Below are positions 55,445 to 64,000 of a stretch of DNA of 64,000 bases, in pieces. The stretch spans positions 32,001 through 96,000 of the forward strand of contig CAZJQC010000002.1 in NCBI GenBank assembly GCA_964548195.1. Reading direction: 5' to 3'. A program made the position numbers and the translations under genes. The notes beneath the pieces are model-generated. The model did not search any database, had not been told where the DNA came from, and was given only the letters and a program-made list of their open reading frames with translations. Each line of letters starts with the position of its first letter. Positions within the stretch are counted from its first letter, which is position 1. The stretch comes from an uncultured bacterium (lineage in GTDB: Bacteria; Macinerneyibacteriota; Macinerneyibacteria; Macinerneyibacteriales; DSCS01).

Positions 55445-56790
55445 GTGTTCTCCGCCGCCCTTTTCATCGTGGCGACCGTGTTTAGTATCCATTCCCTGTC
55501 GGTACTTTCCCCGATAAAACGCAGTGCCGGCTCTGTCCCGGATTGACGCACATGCACCCATCCTTCATTAAAATCGAGACGCAGCCCGTCCCTCTCGTCA
55601 ATGCTCGGCTGCTCATCGAAGGTGGAAGAAGCCACAGCCCTCATGGCCGCCCGCCTGGCATCGGCATCATCAAAAACCTGTTTCTCTTTTATCATCACAT
55701 AGGGGGGAAACACATCCGCCAGAGCTTCGACCGACGCATCCCGTTCAGCCATCAGTTCAAGTATCAGGGCCACAGCCATGGGCGCGTCGCGTGTAAGATG
55801 GAGACGCGGGTCTATTACGCCGCCGTTGCCCTCTCCGCCGGCCACGGCGTCCCGTTTACGCATCTCTTCCGCTACGTTCACCTCTCCCACCGGCGTCCGT
55901 ATCAGACTGCATCCCGCATCCTCCGCCGCATAAGCCGTCAGCCCGCTTGTCGAAAGGTTGCAGACCACGTCACCCTTCCTTTTGGACGCGAGGTTCATGA
56001 CGGCAAAAGCAAGTGTGTACTCCTCGCCGATGGCCCTCCCCGCCTCTGATACCAGGGACAGTCTGTCGACATCCGGATCATGTGCAAAACCCACGTCCGC
56101 GCCAAAAGACAACGTCTCTCTCTCCAGCTCTGAGAGGTTTGCCGCCACCGGTTCCGGATTCCGGGGGAACATGCCGTCAGGCTCCCCGTTGATTATTTTC
56201 ACGTCGCATCCAAGCTTTTGAAGAAGCATGGGGGTGATCACCCCGCCGGCGCCGTTGACACAGTCCAATACCACTTTGAAACCCCTTTTTCGGATCTTTT
56301 CAACGTCAACCAACGCCAATATATCCTCCACGTGCCTTTGCGAAGCGCCCGTTAAAAGTCTTTTTTTCCCCACCGCGTCCCACGGACTGTAAAAGGAGTC
56401 GCCCCCTGCCATCTTAAGCATGGCAGCGGATTCTTCCGCCGTAAGAAACATCCCCCTGCTTCCGGCAAGCTTAAGGGCGTTCCATTCCCTGGGGTTATGG
56501 GACGCTGTCACCACAATTCCGCCGGAGGCCTCTTGTCTGAGTATTTCAAGCAGGACAGTGGGCGTAGCCGCTATCCCCACATCAAGCACATCATGCCCTT
56601 TGGACGCCAGCACGGATGCCACCATGTCCGAAAACATGGAACCGGTCACCCGGCTGTCCCTTCCGAGGACTATGGTCCCGGGCCCTATAAAATCAGAAAA
56701 TGCCGAGACGTACTTTATAATCATCGGAGGCGTAAGGCTGTCTCCCACTATGCCTCTGATACCTGACACACCGACCATCAGTTCGCCCAT
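55441..56790 (-). CDS. glmM: Phosphoglucosamine mutase/phosphomannomutase family
   Basis: SGIRG, TASHNP, DPDVDR, GGEGNGG, RQSGTEP; substrate specificity inferred from neighbour. Confidence 0.8.
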   Translation of the reverse strand: MGELMVGVSGIRGIVGDSLTPPMIIKYVSAFSDFIGPGTIVLGRDSRVTGSMFSDMVASVLASKGHDVLDVGIAATPTVLLEILRQEASGGIVVTASHNPREWNALKLAGSRGMFLTAEESAAMLKMAGGDSFYSPWDAVGKKRLLTGASQRHVEDILALVDVEKIRKRGFKVVLDCVNGAGGVITPMLLQKLGCDVKIINGEPDGMFPRNPEPVAANLSELERETLSFGADVGFAHDPDVDRLSLVSEAGRAIGEEYTLAFAVMNLASKRKGDVVCNLSTSGLTAYAAEDAGCSLIRTPVGEVNVAEEMRKRDAVAGGEGNGGVIDPRLHLTRDAPMAVALILELMAERDASVEALADVFPPYVMIKEKQVFDDADARRAAMRAVASSTFDEQPSIDERDGLRLDFNEGWVHVRQSGTEPALRFIGESTDREWILNTVATMKRAAENT

Positions 56791-57872
56791 TGTATCCTCA
56801 CCTGTTCCCTCCGTTTTGCAGTTTTGTCGAATATACGCTTAATGTCTTCACGGTACCTGGCGTCCATGGCAACGCCGCGTCTTCGCATCACTTCAGCCGC
56901 CGTGACAAGGAACTTTTCCATGTCATAATCCTTAAGGCTGATTCCGTCTGTCCATGAGAAAGGCGGTATGAAAACGGGCGCCAACCCGCCTCCGTATAGA
57001 GACGTGCCCATACCTATCCTGCTGCCAGCTTTCATAAGGGTCCCTATCCCGGTCTTGACATGGTCCCCCAGTATGACGCCGACTTTGATCTCCGAAGTGT
57101 CTACCATGCGCCCTTCGATATCAGGGACTCTGATGGTTGAATAGTTGTTCTTAAGATCGCTGTTTGTCGTCATCGCCCCCAGATTCGTCCAGCGCCCCAG
57201 GACCGAATGACCCAGAAACCCGTCATGATGTTTGTTGGAATAGGGAGAGATCACAGACGCCTCGACTTCGCCGGATATCCTGCAAAAGGCGCCGACATGT
57301 GTGCCGCGTCGTATCCTGGCCTGGTCGATCCTGCAAAAAGCGCCCGCATAGGCGGGGCCTTCAATGAGTGAAAAAGGCCCGATGACGGCCCCCTTGTCTA
57401 CGACCACATCCCCCCGGGAGACATCCAAAAACGCCGATCCGCTCACTACGGCCTCCTGATGTATGTATGCCGTCCCGCCGCTTCCGGTCTTTTTATCCGG
57501 TGTAAAACTGCTGTCTTTCCTTATAAAGTCCATGTCTTTTTCAAATAGCGAACAAAATTTCAGCGGTATTTCATGAGGGCTCTTGATCATGGATAATTCG
57601 GATGTGACTTCGATATCAGCGGAAACCCCGCCGGACTCAGAAATAAATTCGATCACGGGTTCGCCCCCGAGCATCATCCGGAAGGAGGAAGAAGTCTTTG
57701 GGAAATCAGCATCGACGATGCCGTCTTTCAATATGACAAGCCTGCCGCCCCGAGGCATCTTCAGAGCCAGCCGCCTAAAGGTGTCGACTATGCCGGAGGG
57801 AACCCCCGACATGCCATTCAAAAACAGGTCTCCCGCCGGCGAAAATTCCGCAGCCGAAGGCAATATCGTCAC
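56778..57872 (-). CDS. GlmU-like hexapeptide-repeat putative sugar nucleotidyl/acyl transferase
   Basis: IEGPAY, GEVEAS, YSNKHHDGFLGHS.LG.W.NLGA.TTNSDLKNNY, GDHVKTGIGT; GTG start assumed (GTGA overlap). Confidence 0.82.
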   Translation of the reverse strand: MTILPSAAEFSPAGDLFLNGMSGVPSGIVDTFRRLALKMPRGGRLVILKDGIVDADFPKTSSSFRMMLGGEPVIEFISESGGVSADIEVTSELSMIKSPHEIPLKFCSLFEKDMDFIRKDSSFTPDKKTGSGGTAYIHQEAVVSGSAFLDVSRGDVVVDKGAVIGPFSLIEGPAYAGAFCRIDQARIRRGTHVGAFCRISGEVEASVISPYSNKHHDGFLGHSVLGRWTNLGAMTTNSDLKNNYSTIRVPDIEGRMVDTSEIKVGVILGDHVKTGIGTLMKAGSRIGMGTSLYGGGLAPVFIPPFSWTDGISLKDYDMEKFLVTAAEVMRRRGVAMDARYREDIKRIFDKTAKRREQVRIQWAN

Positions 57873-58489
57873 TCTTTTACCAAAATCACTGTCCTTACTA
57901 CCCATGCGTCATCATACCCCAGCTTTTTTATGAATTCGAGTTCTTTTTCCGCAAGAACTCTGTTCGTGTAATTGCCCACCCTTAATTTCCAGTACGGTTC
58001 GTAAAACTCGATATAGACGGGCACATTGTCCTTGTAATAATACGCATCTTCGTTCTCCTTGTCCCGGGATGCCTCGGCCCAGGTCTCTTCAAATTTTTTA
58101 CCGAACTCTTCCGCGTTTTCTTTTTTTGTCACGGTTATAAGCTGAATGCGATAGCCGCTGACCCTTTTCATGACAGCCGCGTTTTTAGGGATCTCCGCAG
58201 CCGTCTCATCGGCCTCATATTCATCATCCTGGTCATAATTTATGGTGACACTGACATCTTCGCCCTCATCCTCGCGGGTATTGCCCGCGACGATCGTCCC
58301 CTCTTTCACTTCCAGACCTGCAAGGTCCGAATCGTCTATTTCCAGTTCCTGTATGGTCGTCTCACCCACCGCCGTTTCACCGTCGGCGCCATCCCCGTTG
58401 ATGTTTCCGCCCAGCCTGTTTTTTATATTCGCATTCTGACATGCCGAAAGCAACACTGCCATTATTAAAATGAAAAACAATCTCTTCAT
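57869..58489 (-). CDS. SPOR-domain lipoprotein
   Basis: Lipobox LSAC; acidic linker; GYRIQL, PYWKLRVGNY.NR..AE, GYDDAWVV. Confidence 0.88.
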   Translation of the reverse strand: MKRLFFILIMAVLLSACQNANIKNRLGGNINGDGADGETAVGETTIQELEIDDSDLAGLEVKEGTIVAGNTREDEGEDVSVTINYDQDDEYEADETAAEIPKNAAVMKRVSGYRIQLITVTKKENAEEFGKKFEETWAEASRDKENEDAYYYKDNVPVYIEFYEPYWKLRVGNYTNRVLAEKELEFIKKLGYDDAWVVRTVILVKE

Positions 58490-58505
58490 CGATACATACC
58501 TCCGT

Positions 58506-59264
58506 TCAATCTTTTACAAAAGAACCGAACCCGTCTTCCCCGCTTATCCTCAGTCCCACTGTAACATACACACCCTTGTCGGTATATTCTTTTTTTATCA
58601 CCGACGCACCTTTTATAGAGTAGTCCATCTTTTTTTCATCCAGGACAAAGCCTTCCGCAGAGGCGATGGAGGTGACCGCTGTCTTCAGGTTTCTGTATGC
58701 ATCCAGCCTGGCGGCCCTTTCGGCCTCTATCCTCACGGACGCGTCGCTGCCAGCACGGAATAATCCGAACCCTGTGGCCTTGACATATCCCTTGAAGACC
58801 TCCTCATGCTCGAACCTGAACTCCAACTCCCCCGGGGCCGGAAGTCTGTCGTAATATCGCCCCTTGAGCCCGGTTATCATCCCGACGGATGACGGGGGTA
58901 TGACAAGCACCGGAGCAGCAACGCTGATATCCATCGGCCGGAGGTTCTCAACGCGGTCTCCCTTGCGGACAGACATGTAGTCCTTGTCATCCGAATCGGA
59001 TATGAAAGGATCGCCCCCCGCGAACGTGATGCAGTACAGGCTTAATCGGAGAAAAAGAGCGCCATCGACATCAGCGACGGTGAGAGGTACGATCACATTA
59101 TCGGCTGATATATTTCGATAATAAAGACCTCCGCCCAAATACGAGTGCTCCAGGCCATCCGTAGCCATAACATCTTCCGGGACCATTGAATATTCCACCG
59201 AGGCGGCGGACATACGCATTGATGCCACAAGCACGATCATGAGCAAAACCGTGGGTCTCTTCAT
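58506..59264 (-). CDS. Exported hypothetical protein with LPP20-like C-terminus
   Basis: Signal peptide; VKATGFG..AERAARLDAYRNL..IKGA.V. Confidence 0.55.
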   Translation of the reverse strand: MKRPTVLLMIVLVASMRMSAASVEYSMVPEDVMATDGLEHSYLGGGLYYRNISADNVIVPLTVADVDGALFLRLSLYCITFAGGDPFISDSDDKDYMSVRKGDRVENLRPMDISVAAPVLVIPPSSVGMITGLKGRYYDRLPAPGELEFRFEHEEVFKGYVKATGFGLFRAGSDASVRIEAERAARLDAYRNLKTAVTSIASAEGFVLDEKKMDYSIKGASVIKKEYTDKGVYVTVGLRISGEDGFGSFVKD

Positions 59265-59749
59265 CAGAACTCCTTTTTCAAATAGAGCGCCATGGCGCCG
59301 CTTTCAAGCGTCTGCTGTTCTATCGTGACATCATCGACTTTCCAGTCGGACAAATAGGCTTCCGATACACCGTCAAGTATGCCTATTGCAAGGTTGATCA
59401 TATAATAATAAAAAAATGTCTGGGCTTTCTCAAAATTATCGCTGTATTTTGAGTAATCCGAATCCGACCCCGTAATAGCGTAATCATCATAATATTCGCC
59501 GCTTTTTTTCCAGTATCCATAGGCCTTTAAGCCCAGATAGGCGCCAAGCGAAAAAAAAACGACTCCTTTCAGGGTCTTTCCTGTATAAAAATCTCCGCCG
59601 CCGGGTATTGCGGCACCCCAGAACAGAGCCGCGGTCGGAGATTTTTTCAGCGTTGGCTCCTCGCCGCTTTCATTTTCCGCGCACACCGCCTCGCCGGCAC
59701 ATAAGCCAAGGATGACAATAACACACAGAATGGTCCTTGAAAATATCAT
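59264..59749 (-). CDS. Exported/membrane hypothetical protein (DUF5683-like)
   Basis: KKSPTAALFWGAAIPGGGDFYTGK..KG; ILDG..EAYL; start uncertain (59749 or 59779). Confidence 0.65.
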   Translation of the reverse strand: MIFSRTILCVIVILGLCAGEAVCAENESGEEPTLKKSPTAALFWGAAIPGGGDFYTGKTLKGVVFFSLGAYLGLKAYGYWKKSGEYYDDYAITGSDSDYSKYSDNFEKAQTFFYYYMINLAIGILDGVSEAYLSDWKVDDVTIEQQTLESGAMALYLKKEF

Positions 59750-59834
59750 TTTCCCGCCTTTGTCCCGAAAAATCTGCATATCCGCTCCACAAAAACCCCT
59801 TCACTTTCAAGGTAAAGACCGTTGATGTCCCTAT

Positions 59835-60155
59835 TTAGAGATATTTGCCTACAAACTCCCTGAATTTTTTTTCATTTAAAACGCCCACACTCTGCTCTTC
59901 AAGTGTCCCGTCCCTAAACACCGCCACAGTCGGTATGCTCATGATCTGATATTCCGAAGCGGTCTTTCTTGCCTTATCGACGTCTATCTTGACAAACTTG
60001 ACGGCGCTTTTTTCCGAAAGCTCGCCGGCGACCTTTTCAAACACGGGACCAAACATCCGGCACGGACTGCACCATTCGGCCCAAAAATCCACCACCACGA
60101 CACCTTTGTATTCAGCCACTTCCCCTTTAAATTCCGCATCACCCACATGTAACAT
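59835..60155 (-). CDS. trxA: Thioredoxin (WCSPC variant)
   Basis: VVDFWAEWCSPC, KIDVD, IMSIPT; start behind GGAGG. Confidence 0.93.
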   Translation of the reverse strand: MLHVGDAEFKGEVAEYKGVVVVDFWAEWCSPCRMFGPVFEKVAGELSEKSAVKFVKIDVDKARKTASEYQIMSIPTVAVFRDGTLEEQSVGVLNEKKFREFVGKYL

Positions 60156-60169
60156 ATATACCTCCCACA

Positions 60170-60925
60170 TTATAGGCCGGTATCTGATTCATGAAAATCC
60201 ACGCCGGCCAATTCCGGGAATTCCCCCGACAGCGCATCCGCGAGCGCCAGCATACCGCCTCTCTCCGAATTATAATGCCCCATGAAGACAAAAGACTTGC
60301 CGCTTTCCAAAAAGGGATGGTACACGGCATGAGTCAACTCACCCGTTATGACGATGTCCGCATCCGAACGTATCACCTCTTCATAGAGAGAACCCGCGTC
60401 TCCGCTTATCACAGCCGCCTTCATATGCTTTTTCCCGCTGTCAAAAACCCTATACTCCCCATCATGGTCCTTCTTCAGGATACGGACGACATCAGCCGTG
60501 TCCGGCGTCTCAGGAAAACGCCCCATGATCCCCAAAGGCAACCCCTTGTAAAAAACAAAAGGTTTCCTGTCCGTCAGGCCAAGCAGGTCCGCCAGATATG
60601 CGTTATGCCCTCTGCTCATGTCAATGTCCATGGGAAGATGTGCCGCATAAACAGAGATGTCATTGGCAAGCAAAGCGCTCAATCTGTTTTTTAAATAACC
60701 GGTGATGCGGCATTCTTTTGACCAAAAAAGACCGTGATGGACAATAATCATGTCGTAATTATATTTAATTGCGTATCTTATATTTTCCAATGATATATCA
60801 ACACATAATAGTATTTTATTTACCGTATCATGTCCTTCTACCTGAAGGCCGTTGACGGAAGAATCGGGAACTTCCGCTGTGTTGAAGGTTTGATTTAAGA
60901 AGGAGGTGACTTTGCTGAGATCCAT
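60170..60925 (-). CDS. Nif3-like dinuclear metal-centre protein
   Basis: NGLQVEG, VHHGLFW, YAAHLPMD..GHN, ITGE, GHYNSE. Confidence 0.93.
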   Translation of the reverse strand: MDLSKVTSFLNQTFNTAEVPDSSVNGLQVEGHDTVNKILLCVDISLENIRYAIKYNYDMIIVHHGLFWSKECRITGYLKNRLSALLANDISVYAAHLPMDIDMSRGHNAYLADLLGLTDRKPFVFYKGLPLGIMGRFPETPDTADVVRILKKDHDGEYRVFDSGKKHMKAAVISGDAGSLYEEVIRSDADIVITGELTHAVYHPFLESGKSFVFMGHYNSERGGMLALADALSGEFPELAGVDFHESDTGL

Positions 60926-60931
60926 GGAGGA

Positions 60932-60960
60932 AGTATATATTAAAAGGGCTCGACTGTCAA
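60932..60960 (-). promoter_or_regulatory. Sigma70-type promoter, probably leaderless, for nif3-trxA run
   Basis: TTGACA (60960-60955), N17, TATACT (60937-60932), 6 nt, ATG 60925. Confidence 0.75.
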
Positions 60961-60968
60961 GATTGCAG

Positions 60969-60999
60969 GGTATTAACAGCCTCTAACTGAGTTAATACC
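60969..60999. repeat. Perfect 9-bp inverted repeat between divergent promoters
   Basis: GGTATTAAC-N13-GTTAATACC. Confidence 0.6.
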
Positions 61000-61012
61000 A
61001 TTCAATTATCAC

Positions 61013-61041
61013 TTGACATTTTGACTCATATGAAGTAACGT
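61013..61041 (+). promoter_or_regulatory. Candidate sigma70-type promoter for 61064 operon
   Basis: TTGACA (61013), N17, TAACGT (61036); AGGAGG RBS downstream. Confidence 0.5.
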
Positions 61042-61063
61042 TTTTTGACAAGGAGGACATCAA

Positions 61064-62230
61064 ATGAAATATATTCTTAGGATATCTGCATTCTTTTTAC
61101 TGTTTATAATGGCGGCCTGCGGGAAAAAGGGCCCCATAGAGCTTCCGACATCCGAGTCATATGTCAACCCCGGGCTTCAATCGCCGGAAGCGATGACGCT
61201 CGCGATAACAGACCTGTATACATATTTCTACGAGTTTGACCTGTTCAGCTCGGAAGAGTCATGGCTTGGATTTTCAAAGGACAGAGAGATACGTACGCTC
61301 TTATACACTCCCGTAGAGGAGGATCTTGACACCGATAGCACTGTCTATACACTTAAACTGAAAATAAAGCGCGCTGTCGATTCGGCTTCCGCGGGCTTCA
61401 CGCTTTACCCTGTGACCAAGGACTGGAGTTCGACCTACATCAACTGGGACGAATACGACGACGGCGAATCATGGGATTCCGCCGGCGGCGATTATGACCC
61501 TGCCCTTTCCGTTCACGGCACCGTTGATGCGGCCGAGGGCGAATTCATAGAGGTGGACATAACCGGTTTCATAGAGTATTGGAAAACCCATGACAACGAC
61601 GGCATTATAATAGTCCCCGACATCCCCGCTTCCACGGACATGTCGATCGTCTCGTTTTACACGCAGAATGCGGACTCCGAGGACGACCAGCCGCTGATAG
61701 AGTACTTTGACGGCACTGAGACTCAGACCATATCAGTAAACTCACTGCTGCATATCGCGGATCTCTCAGGTTCACAGGACACGCGCATAGAACAGGGCAC
61801 TTTAGCGCTGGGCGACAGTTTCGCCCCCGGAATGACCATAGATTTTTCGGCCGTTGACTTTAAGTGGGAGATACTTGAGGCGGTTTTGAGTTTTGAGGCG
61901 GACGAAAGCCTGTTGAAGGCACTGTTTGATGTGGATACGGCGGATATTGAGAACACAGAAACCCTTATCTATGCCTACAGCGTGGCTGACAATTCCGCGG
62001 ATAATTTTGATTTTGACGATTATTCCACCGCCACACCGGGTTACGACAGCGAAAGCGGCCGGATAACCCTTGAGATCACGGGCGTGCTCAGGCATGCGCG
62101 GGAGAATGGTTATGACATAGCGCTTATACCGAAATCAAATAAATATATGCTCCGTTACATAGACTTAAGCAATCCGTCCATCGATATCGTCTACAGAAAG
62201 AACATTACAGATTATGAGGAGGAATTATGA
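61064..62230 (+). CDS. Acidic lipoprotein with DNRLRE-like domain
   Basis: Lipobox MAAC; LYPVTKDW..INW..W..AGGDYD, VDIT..IEYW..NDGII. Confidence 0.7.
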   Translation: MKYILRISAFFLLFIMAACGKKGPIELPTSESYVNPGLQSPEAMTLAITDLYTYFYEFDLFSSEESWLGFSKDREIRTLLYTPVEEDLDTDSTVYTLKLKIKRAVDSASAGFTLYPVTKDWSSTYINWDEYDDGESWDSAGGDYDPALSVHGTVDAAEGEFIEVDITGFIEYWKTHDNDGIIIVPDIPASTDMSIVSFYTQNADSEDDQPLIEYFDGTETQTISVNSLLHIADLSGSQDTRIEQGTLALGDSFAPGMTIDFSAVDFKWEILEAVLSFEADESLLKALFDVDTADIENTETLIYAYSVADNSADNFDFDDYSTATPGYDSESGRITLEITGVLRHARENGYDIALIPKSNKYMLRYIDLSNPSIDIVYRKNITDYEEEL

Positions 62231-63405
62231 AAAGGCTCTCTACATCTTTTTGCCTGTTGCTTTTTTTGCTGTCATCCGCCTTTTCCGGAAGTTTTCTTTC
62301 GTTGAATTCATTCGGCAAGTTAAACTACAGCGGCGATATACGCTCAATGTCAATGGCGTCATCGGGCATCGCTCTTTACGATGACAGAAATTCATCTTCT
62401 GAGAACCCCGCTGTGATAACCGCAGGAGACACAATAGTACTGAATATCGGCGAGACATACTCCTCTCTCTCGATATCATATGACAGATTTTCTGATTTTG
62501 AGCCCGACAGTTCGGATTTTGACACCCCATACATCAATATCATATTTCCTCTGCCGCTGGACGGACTTTACCTGAGCGCGAATTATTCCTCACCGGTGAA
62601 TTCGATGATAGAGCTGGAGTATAGCTCAGAGGGTGAGGACATCGATGAAGTGCATGAAAAAAACATCAACCTCGCGGGTTTCAACGCATCCTACAAACTG
62701 CCGTTCGGACTGTCACTGTCCGCCGGCGTACTGTATGCATTCGGCAACGAGAGAAACGAATACTCCATTATAAATGATACCTATCCCAACGAGTCGACCT
62801 ACAACAAATGGAAATACACTTACAGCGGTCTGGGCAGCAAGTTCGGCCTTCTGATGGACCTGGGCATGGTAAATCTGGGCCTCAAATACCAGCCCTCTTT
62901 TGATGTCGAGGTCGCGCGCTCATTCAATGATGTAAAGATCTCACCCCATACCGAGTTCACGTATCCTGATGAGTTTGCAGCGGGGATATCCCTGTATCTT
63001 GACTCCTTGACCATGACCTCGGAATACGCGTCTTCAAACTGGTCCGGCGTGGATTATTACGGCTACAGCCTTGAGGATATGACGCGTTTTTCAGTAGGCG
63101 CCGAATACATCATAAAGATCCCTTATGAGAGCCGGGGCAAGGACAGATTGTTTTCTCTTCCGTTCAGAGCCGGATACTATAATCAGAAGGGTTATTACAA
63201 CGACGGCCGGGAATCGGCCTTAAGCTGCGGTTTTTCCCTCTTTCCCTTTAAAAAATCCACAGGTTCGAGGATGGACATGCTGTTCAGCTACGGCGTGAGA
63301 AAAGCGACACTAAGAGACGGGTTCGATGGCGGCGACTACGGATATGAAGAGCGTTTCTTTACTTTCGGAATGGCATTCGCCGCGACAGACAAATGGTTCA
63401 GATGA
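62227..63405 (+). CDS. Outer-membrane beta-barrel, FadL/OmpP1-like
   Basis: Signal peptide; RSMSMASSGIA..NPA plug-like motif; amphipathic strands; C-term DKWFR. Confidence 0.7.
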   Translation: MKRLSTSFCLLLFLLSSAFSGSFLSLNSFGKLNYSGDIRSMSMASSGIALYDDRNSSSENPAVITAGDTIVLNIGETYSSLSISYDRFSDFEPDSSDFDTPYINIIFPLPLDGLYLSANYSSPVNSMIELEYSSEGEDIDEVHEKNINLAGFNASYKLPFGLSLSAGVLYAFGNERNEYSIINDTYPNESTYNKWKYTYSGLGSKFGLLMDLGMVNLGLKYQPSFDVEVARSFNDVKISPHTEFTYPDEFAAGISLYLDSLTMTSEYASSNWSGVDYYGYSLEDMTRFSVGAEYIIKIPYESRGKDRLFSLPFRAGYYNQKGYYNDGRESALSCGFSLFPFKKSTGSRMDMLFSYGVRKATLRDGFDGGDYGYEERFFTFGMAFAATDKWFR

Positions 63406-63414
63406 TAAAAACCG

Positions 63415-63999
63415 TCAGTCCGAGACCTCAGGGTCTATGTCAGGGAAATATATTTCAGTGACAGAAGAAAGGTAACCGCTTCGGGCCGCTTCGGGGTCCG
63501 ACGCGGTTATCTTCGCCGCCTCAAACAACTCGTTGTCCTCAAAGGGACGTGCGACCCTCATGTTCCAGGCGCCGTGTTGCTTGACCCCCATCATCTCGCC
63601 ACCGCCTCTCAGGCTAAGATCCATCTCGGATATTTTAAAGCCGTCATCCGTTTTTGCAAAATATTCAAGGCGTTCGGGTATCTCTCCCTCCGAGGCCATC
63701 AATATGCAATACGATCGGTGCTCCCCTCTGCCCACACGCCCCCTCAGCTGATGCAGCTGGGCAAGGCCGAAACGTTCCGGGTGCTCCACAAGCAATACGG
63801 TAGCCTCCCTGGAATCTATGCCGACCTCTATCACGGATGTGGTAATCAAAACCGGTGATCTTCCGTTTATAAAGGCGTCTATGGTCTCCTGTTTCTCGTC
63901 ATAGGACATCTTTCCATGCAATATGCCGACTTTGTCATCTCCGAAGCGCCTACGGAATATGTTTTCCATCCCTTTGACAGACTTGATCTCATCGTCATT
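63415..63999 (-). CDS. recG: ATP-dependent DNA helicase RecG, C-terminal part (5' end outside window)
   Basis: LHGKM, TSVIEVGID, ERFGLAQLHQLRGRVGRG, DGFKISEMDLSLRGGGE.MG.KQHG. Confidence 0.96.
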   Translation of the reverse strand, partial: NDDEIKSVKGMENIFRRRFGDDKVGILHGKMSYDEKQETIDAFINGRSPVLITTSVIEVGIDSREATVLLVEHPERFGLAQLHQLRGRVGRGEHRSYCILMASEGEIPERLEYFAKTDDGFKISEMDLSLRGGGEMMGVKQHGAWNMRVARPFEDNELFEAAKITASDPEAARSGYLSSVTEIYFPDIDPEVSD

Positions 64000-64000
64000 T

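Noticed and set aside
1..64000. CRISPR arrays, tRNA/rRNA, IS elements, prophage or defence genes
   Set aside because: None recognised by eye; intergenic gaps are short and mostly explained by promoters and terminators

Overview
Gene-dense core-chromosome segment of a diderm, LPS-producing bacterium (kdsA/kdsD, lptE, lolA, beta-barrel proteins); the arc genes suggest amino-acid fermentation. Taxonomy cannot be assigned from this window. About 60 CDS, almost all on the minus strand in long operons with overlapping or 1-11 nt gene junctions. Functions covered: envelope and lipid biogenesis, shikimate pathway (aroD, aroE-aroK fusion, aroA, aroC, plus aroH-aroF), cofactor metabolism, RNA modification/processing and arginine catabolism. 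No rRNA, tRNA, CRISPR array or mobile element was recognised. Most notable: (1) a 1013-aa XRE-HTH + GlmL/MutL-type ASKHA ATPase + barrel-sandwich-repeat fusion with a candidate autoregulatory promoter; (2) a 12-gene apparent operon carrying a PopA-like triple-receiver/degenerate-GGDEF protein, a kinase-less GAF-HisKA protein and two paralogous coiled-coil microproteins, one missed by the ORF track; (3) a ~150-nt structured minus-strand RNA between aroC and nadB; (4) an arcE-arcC-arcB (arginine synthetase type) cluster with no arcA in the window; (5) three candidate leaderless operon starts. All calls are by-eye motif recognition; many start codons were re-chosen from RBS/overlap evidence.
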